Part shown: piece after piece, positions 44,684 through 50,461 of the stretch | Numbering within the stretch: the stretch's first letter is position 1 | Layout: every line of letters begins with the position of its first letter | NCBI GenBank assembly: GCA_035259825.1 | Contig: DATFWA010000016.1 | Location: forward strand, 1 to 50,461 | DNA: 50,461 nucleotides | Source of the DNA: Candidatus Methylomirabilota bacterium | GTDB lineage: Bacteria; Methylomirabilota; Methylomirabilia; Rokubacteriales; CSP1-6 | Direction: 5' to 3' | Translations under genes and position numbers: made by a program | Notes under the pieces: generated by a model | Told to the model about the DNA's origin: nothing | Seen by the model: only the letters and a program-made list of their open reading frames with translations | Database searches by the model: none

Positions 44684-45414
44684 CGCTTCGCGCCCGGGGA
44701 CACCGGCCGCCGGCTGCGCCGGTAGCGCATGTTCAGCAGCTCGACCAGCAGCGAGAAGGCCATCGCGAAGTAGATGTAGCCCTTCTCCACGTGCGTGCCC
44801 ATGCCCTCCGCCATCAGCATCACCCCGATCAGCAGCAGGAAGGCGAGGGCCAGGATCTTGAGGCTCGGATGCTGGTCGATGAAGTGGCTGACCGTTCCCG
44901 CGGAGACCAGCATGACCAGCATCGCGATCACCATCGCGGTGACCATGATGGTCAGGTCGTTGGCCATCCCGACCGCGGTGATCACCGAGTCGAGCGAGAA
45001 GACGATGTCGAGGAGCAGGATCTGTAGCAGCACCCACACGAAGACGCCGCGGGCGCTCGCGGTCGTCTGCTCGTGAGGACCCGCCTCGACCTTCTCGTAG
45101 ATCTCCCAGGTGGCCTTGAAGATCAGGAAGAGGCCGCCGCCCAGCAGGATCAGGTCCCGTCCGGACACCGCGCCACCGAACACGGTGACCAGCGGTTCGG
45201 TGAGGCTCATCATCCACGAGATCGTGAAGAGCAGCCCGATGCGGATGCCCAGGGCCAGGATCAGCCCGAGCCGCCGCGCGACCTCGCGCTGGGACTCGGG
45301 CAGGCGGCCGACCAGGATCGCGATGAACACCACGTTGTCGATGCCGAGGACGATCTCCATGGCGGACAGCGTGGCCAGCGCGACCAGCCCGTCGGCGGTG
45401 AGGAAGACGCCCAT
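44680..45414 (-). CDS. TerC-family integral membrane protein
   Basis: The two TerC signature repeats EIVLGIDNVVFIA and LLLDIVFSLDSVITAVGM are present. Length is 244 aa. Confidence 0.85.
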   Translation of the reverse strand: MGVFLTADGLVALATLSAMEIVLGIDNVVFIAILVGRLPESQREVARRLGLILALGIRIGLLFTISWMMSLTEPLVTVFGGAVSGRDLILLGGGLFLIFKATWEIYEKVEAGPHEQTTASARGVFVWVLLQILLLDIVFSLDSVITAVGMANDLTIMVTAMVIAMLVMLVSAGTVSHFIDQHPSLKILALAFLLLIGVMLMAEGMGTHVEKGYIYFAMAFSLLVELLNMRYRRSRRPVSPGAKR

Positions 45415-45429
45415 CGAGCGACTCGCCGG

Positions 45430-46371
45430 CTACTTGACGTGGGGCAGCACGTGGCGAGCAAACAGCTCCAGCGCGGCCAGATCTTCCTGGTCGAGCATCT
45501 GCAGCAGCACGCGCTGGACCCCGGCCGCCTCCCACTGCTCGAGGCTCTCCACCACCTCGCCGGGTGTGCCCACCAGGAAGCTCGCCTTGCGCCACGCCTC
45601 GTCGTCGGCGGGCATCTGCGGGAAGATGGCCCGCGCCGCCGCGATGCGACGGCCCACGTCCGGCCGATCACGTCCGATCGCGAGCGGGATCATGAGGGAG
45701 CGGGCGATGGTCTCGGGATCGCGGCGCACCGCCGCGCAGTGCTGGGCCAGGACCTCGCGCTTCTGGCGGAAGCCGTCCGGGTCCACGCGCGTGACGTTCC
45801 ACTCGTCCGCGAACTCGGCCGCGATGCGAAGGGTGCGCTTTTCGCCGCGGCCGCCGACCACCACGCGCAGCCGGCCGAAGGTCGGCAGAGGATAGTTCTC
45901 GGCCTCGCGCAGGCCGTAGTAGGGCTGATCGAGGGTGACCGGCTCGCCCACCCCGAGCGCGCGGATGTAGCGCGCGGCCGCCTCGAGCCGATCGAGCCGC
46001 TCCTTCACCGGGGGCAGGGCGATGCCGAAGGTCGCGTGCTCCGGCTCGTTCCAGCCTCCGCCGATGCCCAGGTCCATGCGGCCCTTGGACAGGGTGTCGA
46101 GCGCCACCGCCATCTTGGCGAGCAGCGCGGGCTGGTAGAACGTGATCGGCGAGACCATGGGGCCGAAGCGGATGCGGCGGGTGCGCACCGCCACCAGCGT
46201 CAGCGACGTCCACGTCTCGAGCGAGGGCCGCTTCGAATCTCCCGCGAGGCTCGTGAGGTGATCCGACCGGCAGAGCGACTCGTAGCCCATGTCCTCGGCA
46301 GCGTCGATCAACCGGAGCCAGCGCTCCCAGGTGAGCCCTTCCTGCCCCTCGATCATGACGCCGACGCGCAT
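45430..46371 (-). CDS. Luciferase-like monooxygenase (LLM) class oxidoreductase, probably F420-dependent
   Basis: MRVGVMIEGQEGLTWERWLRLIDAAEDMGYESLCRSDHL... and GRMDLGIGGGWNEPEH resemble the Rv1855c-type F420 LLM subfamily. The cofactor cannot be decided by eye. Confidence 0.75.
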   Translation of the reverse strand: MRVGVMIEGQEGLTWERWLRLIDAAEDMGYESLCRSDHLTSLAGDSKRPSLETWTSLTLVAVRTRRIRFGPMVSPITFYQPALLAKMAVALDTLSKGRMDLGIGGGWNEPEHATFGIALPPVKERLDRLEAAARYIRALGVGEPVTLDQPYYGLREAENYPLPTFGRLRVVVGGRGEKRTLRIAAEFADEWNVTRVDPDGFRQKREVLAQHCAAVRRDPETIARSLMIPLAIGRDRPDVGRRIAAARAIFPQMPADDEAWRKASFLVGTPGEVVESLEQWEAAGVQRVLLQMLDQEDLAALELFARHVLPHVK

Positions 46372-46472
46372 GGTGATCGCCTCCGTTGCGGGATCCCGGA
46401 CGAGAGCCGGGCTCTCATGTATACCAAACTGCGGGCCGTGGGCGCCGTGATAAACTCGGCTCCGCCGTGGCC

Positions 46473-47723
46473 ATGGGGCATCTCCAGCGCTTGTTGCTCC
46501 TGATTCCCACCACCACGTATCGGACCGAGGACTTCGTCGAGGCGGCCCGGACGCTCGACGTGGATCTGGTTATCGCGTCCGATCGGCCCAACGTCATGTC
46601 GGGTGAGTTCCCGGATCACCTGCTCACGCTTCCCTTCGGAGATCCCGCGACGGCGGCCCGCGAGATGCGCGCCTACGCCTCGCGCCGTCCCATCGACGCG
46701 GTGGTGCCGGTGGACGACGCGACCACCGTGGTCGCCTCCGCGATCGGCGAGGCGCTGGGCCTGCGCGTGAACCCGCTGGCCGCCGCGCAGGCGACGCGAA
46801 ACAAGCGCGTGATGCGCGAATTGTTGGCGGGAGCGGGGGTGCCGTCGCCGTCGTTCACGGTGATCCGGGTCGACGACGATCCGCACGCCGCGGCCGGCCG
46901 TGTGACGTACCCGTGCGTGCTCAAGCCGCTGGTGCTGTCGGCGAGCCGCGGGGTGATCCGCGCGGAGGATCGGGCCGCGTTCGTGGCCGCCTTCGCGCGC
47001 ATCGCGGCCATCCTGCGCGCGCCGGACGTGGTCGATCTCGGCGCGGGGACCGACGAAATCTTGGTCGAATCGTTCGTCCCCGGCATCGAGGTCGCGCTCG
47101 AGGGGTTGCTCGAGCGCGGGGCGCTCCGCGCGCTCGCGGTGTTCGACAAGCCGGATCCACTCGACGGGCCCTTCTTCGAAGAGACGATCTACGTGACGCC
47201 GTCCCGGCACCCGGAGCCGGTGCAGGCCGCGATCGTGGACGTGACCGCGCGCGCCGCGCGCGCCCTCGGCCTCTCCGACGGCGCGGTGCACGCCGAGCTG
47301 CGCCTCCGGCCGAACCCGCGCGGGGTCGAGCCGGTGGTGCTGGAGATCGCGGCGCGCTCCATCGGCGGGCTGTGCGGGCGCACGCTGCGCTTCGGCACCG
47401 GCATGTCACTCGAGGAATTGATCCTGCGCCGCGCCCTCGAGCGCCCGGTCGCCTCCTTCGAGCGCCAGCGCGTCGCCGCCGGGGTGATGATGATCCCGAT
47501 TCCGCGCGGGGGCGTGCTGGAGGAAGTGCGTGGGCTCGACGAGGCGCGCGCGGTCGCCGCCATCGAGGACGTCACGATCTCCCTGCACAAGGGGCAGGAG
47601 GTCGTGCCCCTGCCGGAGGGTTCTCGTTATCTCGGCTTCATCTTCTCGCGCGCGGACACGCCGGATCGGGCCGAGGCGGCCCTGCGCGAGGCCCACCGCC
47701 ACCTGCAGTTCGTGATCCGCTGA
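46473..47723 (+). CDS. ATP-grasp domain ligase
   Basis: Start at MGHLQRLLLLIP. Motifs are NKRVMRELLAGAGVPSP, PCVLKPLVLSASRGVIR, ILVESFVPGIEVALEG and AVHAELR...VLEIAARSIGG. Confidence 0.75.
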   Translation: MGHLQRLLLLIPTTTYRTEDFVEAARTLDVDLVIASDRPNVMSGEFPDHLLTLPFGDPATAAREMRAYASRRPIDAVVPVDDATTVVASAIGEALGLRVNPLAAAQATRNKRVMRELLAGAGVPSPSFTVIRVDDDPHAAAGRVTYPCVLKPLVLSASRGVIRAEDRAAFVAAFARIAAILRAPDVVDLGAGTDEILVESFVPGIEVALEGLLERGALRALAVFDKPDPLDGPFFEETIYVTPSRHPEPVQAAIVDVTARAARALGLSDGAVHAELRLRPNPRGVEPVVLEIAARSIGGLCGRTLRFGTGMSLEELILRRALERPVASFERQRVAAGVMMIPIPRGGVLEEVRGLDEARAVAAIEDVTISLHKGQEVVPLPEGSRYLGFIFSRADTPDRAEAALREAHRHLQFVIR

Positions 47724-47759
47724 GCCGGGTCGCCGGCCGGCGTCGTCGGGGAGACGGCC

Positions 47760-48182
47760 ATGAGCATCGTGCGCGAGTTCGAGCGTGCCTTCAACCGGCA
47801 GGACGTCGCGGCGCTGGTCGCCTGCTTCACGCCGGACGGGTCCTATCACGACACGTTCTTCGGCGGCCACGCGGGCAGCGACCAGCTGCGGGCGATGTTC
47901 GAGCGCATGTTCCGCGAGGGCCGCGACTACCGCTGGAGCATGGAGACGGTGGTGGAGACCGACGTCGGCGCGGGCGCGGAGTGGACGTTCGCGTACATAG
48001 TGAGCGACGCGGTCCCGCGCAGCGCGGGCCGGCCCGTGCGCTTCCGCGGCATGAGCGTCTTCGAGAAGCGCGGCGGCAAGATCGCCGCGTACCGCGAGTC
48101 CTTCGACCTGGGCGCGGCCCTGCTGCAGCTGGGCTTCAGCCCGGAGGCGATGGCGAAGACCATCCGCCGTCACCGCCTGTAG
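47760..48182 (+). CDS. SnoaL-like / NTF2-fold protein
   Basis: EFERAFNRQDVAALVACFTPDGSYHD... and FRGMSVFEKRGGKIAAYRESFD fit the typical cone-fold pattern. Confidence 0.7.
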   Translation: MSIVREFERAFNRQDVAALVACFTPDGSYHDTFFGGHAGSDQLRAMFERMFREGRDYRWSMETVVETDVGAGAEWTFAYIVSDAVPRSAGRPVRFRGMSVFEKRGGKIAAYRESFDLGAALLQLGFSPEAMAKTIRRHRL

Positions 48183-48188
48183 GCCGCC

Positions 48189-48605
48189 ATGGACTTCGCC
48201 GATCCGCGCGTCCAGCAGTACCTGGCCGGAAAGGAGATCGTGGTGCTCGGCACCATCAACCCCGACGGCAGCCCGCTCGTCACCGCGATGTGGTTCCTGC
48301 ACGACCCGGCCGCGCTGACCCTGATCAGCGTGGACAACCTCCAGAAGGTCCGCAATCTCCGACGCGATCCGCGTCTGCACATCGTGGCGGAGAGCGGGAC
48401 GCGCGGCGCGGCCATCAAGGGCGTGGCGGTCCGCGGGCGCGCCGAGTTCCTGGGCGACTCGCCCGAGCGCCGCGACTTGGCCACCCGAATACTCGACAAG
48501 TACCATCCCCATCTCGCCGAATACTGGGGCGGCCGCGCGATGCCGGCGAACCGCGTGATATTCCGCGTGGTGCCCCAGCAAGTGCGGACCTGGGGGCTCG
48601 ACTGA
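48189..48605 (+). CDS. PPOX-class (pyridoxamine 5'-phosphate oxidase-like) probable F420-dependent oxidoreductase
   Basis: Motifs are VLGTINPDGSPLVTAMWF and KVRNLRRDPRLHIV, in a split-barrel pattern. Length is 138 aa. Confidence 0.7.
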   Translation: MDFADPRVQQYLAGKEIVVLGTINPDGSPLVTAMWFLHDPAALTLISVDNLQKVRNLRRDPRLHIVAESGTRGAAIKGVAVRGRAEFLGDSPERRDLATRILDKYHPHLAEYWGGRAMPANRVIFRVVPQQVRTWGLD

Positions 48606-48615
48606 CGGGCGCGCC

Positions 48616-49065
48616 ATGCGCGCGGTCATCGAGCGGCTGAGTGGCGAGCCGGCCGACCGTCTCCAGGCGCTGGTCTCCGAGAGCGAGCGGCAGGGCTTCC
48701 GCTTCGTGCGCCGGCTCGTCGAGGAGTGGAGCAGCGGGGCCAACCGCTTCGATCGTCCGGGCGAGGTACTGTTCGCGGCGCGATCGGGTGACGACGTCGT
48801 CGGCGTCTGCGGCCTGAACGTCGATCCGCACGCGAGCGATCCCCGCGTCGGGCGGGTGCGTCACCTCTACGTGCTCGTGCCCTACCGGCGCGCCGGGGTC
48901 GGCGAGCATCTGGTGGCCGACATCATCGGGACCGCGCGGGGCCGCTTCACGCGGCTGCACCTGCGGACCACGAGCGCGGCGGCGGCGCGGCTCTACGAGC
49001 GGCTCGGATTTCGGCCCACGTCCGGCGCCCCCGACCACAGCCACGTGCTCGAGCTTCAGGACTGA
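48616..49065 (+). CDS. GNAT-family N-acetyltransferase
   Basis: The acetyl-CoA motif A is LYVLVPYRRAGVGEHLV, with C-terminal ARLYERLGF. Confidence 0.75.
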   Translation: MRAVIERLSGEPADRLQALVSESERQGFRFVRRLVEEWSSGANRFDRPGEVLFAARSGDDVVGVCGLNVDPHASDPRVGRVRHLYVLVPYRRAGVGEHLVADIIGTARGRFTRLHLRTTSAAAARLYERLGFRPTSGAPDHSHVLELQD

Positions 49066-49433
49066 TGCGCCTCCCCGATACGCCGACCGCGGAGGCGCTG
49101 CTCGAGCGCGCCTACGCCGCGTTCAACGCGCGGGACATCGACGGCGCGCTGGCCACGATGCACCCGGACGTGGATTGGCCCAACGGCATGGAAGGCGGCC
49201 GCGTCTACGGCCACCATGCCGTCCGCGCGTACTGGACGCGGCAGTGGACCGTGATCGATCCGCGGGTGGAGCCGCTCGGCTTCCGGACCGAGGAGGACGA
49301 GCGAGTGACGGTGGACGTGCATCAGGTGGTGCGCGACCCCTCCGGCGCGCTGATCAAGGACGAGCGGGTGTTCCACCTCTACCGGATCGAGCACGGCCTG
49401 ATCCGGTCCATGGAGATCCGGCCGCCGCGCTAG
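49065..49433 (+). CDS. NTF2/SnoaL-like protein
   Basis: LLERAYAAFNARDIDGALATMHPDVDW is present. The start overlaps the upstream stop by 1 nt. Confidence 0.65.
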   Translation: MRLPDTPTAEALLERAYAAFNARDIDGALATMHPDVDWPNGMEGGRVYGHHAVRAYWTRQWTVIDPRVEPLGFRTEEDERVTVDVHQVVRDPSGALIKDERVFHLYRIEHGLIRSMEIRPPR

Positions 49434-50152
49434 CCGCCGAGCAGCAAGACCAGCCCTGAGACGAAGAGGACCGCGAAGACCACGCGGCGGAAGCGCGCGC
49501 GATCGAGCCGGTTGAAGAGCAGCATGCCGGCCGCCAGCCCGGCAACCGCCGGCGCCGCGTAGAGCCAGGTGAGACGCCACACCTCGCGGTCCAGCAGCCC
49601 CGTCCACCAGTAGCCGATCATGATGACGGTCTGGTTGACGATCAGGAACGCCTGGATGTTGGCCTTGACGGTGCGCGGGCTCCAGTCCTGCGCCGCCGCG
49701 TAGAGGATAACCGGCGGACCGGGCGTGCCGATCGCGCCGCCCAACAGGCCCGCGGCCAGTCCCGCGCCGAAGCCCCAGCCACGGCCGGAGAGCCGCTCGG
49801 GATAGAGCCCGAACCATTCCAGCGCCACGATCAGCAGCAGGACCAGACCGATCAGGCGCGTGAGCACGTCGGCCGAGAGTGCGGCGAGGATCCAGACCCC
49901 GGCCGGGGTCGTGAGGATAGTGCCGATCGTCAGCTCGATCATGCCACGCAGGGTGAAGTCTCGCCGCAGCGGGATGAAGATCACCACCGTGAAGATCGCG
50001 GCGTAGAGCGTGATCAGCACGATGGCGTGCGCCGGCGACATGAGATACGGCAGGAACGCGAGCGAAACCAGCCCGATGCCGAAGCCGGCCAGCCCCTGGA
50101 CGAAGCAGGCCGACCCGACGACGAGCGCGCCCATCAGCCACGCCGGCGACAT
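49430..50152 (-). CDS. TauE/SafE-family anion (sulfite) exporter-like membrane protein
   Basis: Start chosen at MSPAWLMG (50152). Motifs are FVQGLAGFGIGL and GGAIGTPGPPVILY, with 7-8 TM segments. Confidence 0.75.
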   Translation of the reverse strand: MSPAWLMGALVVGSACFVQGLAGFGIGLVSLAFLPYLMSPAHAIVLITLYAAIFTVVIFIPLRRDFTLRGMIELTIGTILTTPAGVWILAALSADVLTRLIGLVLLLIVALEWFGLYPERLSGRGWGFGAGLAAGLLGGAIGTPGPPVILYAAAQDWSPRTVKANIQAFLIVNQTVIMIGYWWTGLLDREVWRLTWLYAAPAVAGLAAGMLLFNRLDRARFRRVVFAVLFVSGLVLLLGG

Positions 50153-50178
50153 CAGGGCGGGCGACAACGAGCGCGCGC

Positions 50179-50461
50179 CTAGAACGTGGTGGGCCAGCCG
50201 GCGAGCCGGTGCCGGCCGATGGCGGTACGCACGCTCGACTGGGCGAGGAAGCGGATCACGACTTCGCGCGTGTCCGCGGGATCGATCACGTCGTGGATCA
50301 GGTGCCGGGCGGCCGCGCCGTAGGGCAGGGTGTCCAGCTCCCACTGGGCGAGCAGCTCCTGGCGGCGCGCCGCGCGCTCCTCGGCGGGGAGGCCGGCCAG
50401 CTCTGCGCCGTGGACGACGTTCACGCCGGTGGCCGGGTCCATGAACGACATCTCGGCGGTC
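50179..50461 (-). CDS. Acyl-CoA carboxylase carboxyltransferase (beta) subunit, C-terminal fragment (5' end outside window)
   Basis: (A)EMSFMDP..GVNVV and P..AA..L.IHDVIDPADTR..V are typical C-terminal carboxyl-transferase motifs. The frame is open to the window edge. Confidence 0.7.
   Translation of the reverse strand, partial: TAEMSFMDPATGVNVVHGAELAGLPAEERAARRQELLAQWELDTLPYGAAARHLIHDVIDPADTREVVIRFLAQSSVRTAIGRHRLAGWPTTF

Noticed and set aside
1-50461. Search for CRISPR arrays, tandem repeats, IS elements, integrases, toxin-antitoxin pairs or known anti-phage defence genes.
   Set aside because: I found no repeat-spacer periodicity, no transposase or integrase-like translations, and no recognisable defence domains. 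The patatin-like protein has a secretion signal and no CBASS-type or other defence partners. By these criteria the window looks like core chromosome rather than an accessory island.

Overview
This is a very GC-rich window (G/C dominates third codon positions; I did not compute the value). It is densely coding, with about 50 CDS and short intergenic gaps. It looks like chromosomal core or metabolic DNA from a diderm bacterium, based on an MlaA/VacJ lipoprotein, a Pal/OmpA-like lipoprotein and Tat signal peptides. Luciferase-like and PPOX-class enzymes resemble F420-type families. The gene content fits an uncultured high-GC soil lineage such as Rokubacteria/Methylomirabilota, but that is only a guess.

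I saw no rRNA, tRNA, CRISPR array, transposase, integrase or prophage genes. The only clear selfish element is a 365-aa LAGLIDADG-type intein inside the class II (B12-dependent) ribonucleotide reductase gene nrdJ.

Main blocks:
- Cobalt-type nitrile hydratase (beta, 5'-truncated by the window edge, then alpha), followed by an accessory protein fused to a thioredoxin-like [2Fe-2S] ferredoxin domain.
- A divergent 1046-aa GT51/transpeptidase PBP and an amidase.
- A small zinc-ribbon protein, an orphan receiver domain, a patatin-like protein and a Pal-like lipoprotein.
- A minus-strand string: AhpD/CMD-like, ACT, a frameshifted zinc-ribbon Nudix and a small ORF. Upstream of it lies a Tat-exported DUF6569/ARPP-1-like protein, divergent from a Tim44-like protein.
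- SDR, epimerase and L-2-hydroxyglutarate oxidase.
- A stand-alone cNMP-binding protein divergent from a trypsin-like protease-TM-rhodanese fusion.
- GGT, then nrdJ with candidate tandem NrdR boxes, then MlaA.
- A GlcG/HbpS-like protein followed by a PDZ-multiTM-GAF class III cyclase.
- An FAD oxidoreductase and a peptide-type ABC importer (SBP plus two permeases, no ATPase) carrying a REP-like hairpin.
- Two tandem EamA transporters.
- A cupin-GT28-TPR operon.
- HAD and PepE.
- An apparent AI-2E transporter remnant.
- TerC and a luciferase-like oxidoreductase, divergent from an ATP-grasp/NTF2/PPOX/GNAT/NTF2 operon.
- TauE, and the 3' end of an acyl-CoA carboxyltransferase gene.

I found no recognisable defence system. 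The candidates I consider most worth follow-up:
- the ferredoxin-fused nitrile hydratase activator;
- the protease-rhodanese / cNMP-binding pair;
- the GlcG-cyclase pair;
- the Tat-exported ARPP-1-like protein neighbourhood;
- the ATP-grasp operon.

All functional calls rest on by-eye motif recognition in the supplied translations. No database search was run.
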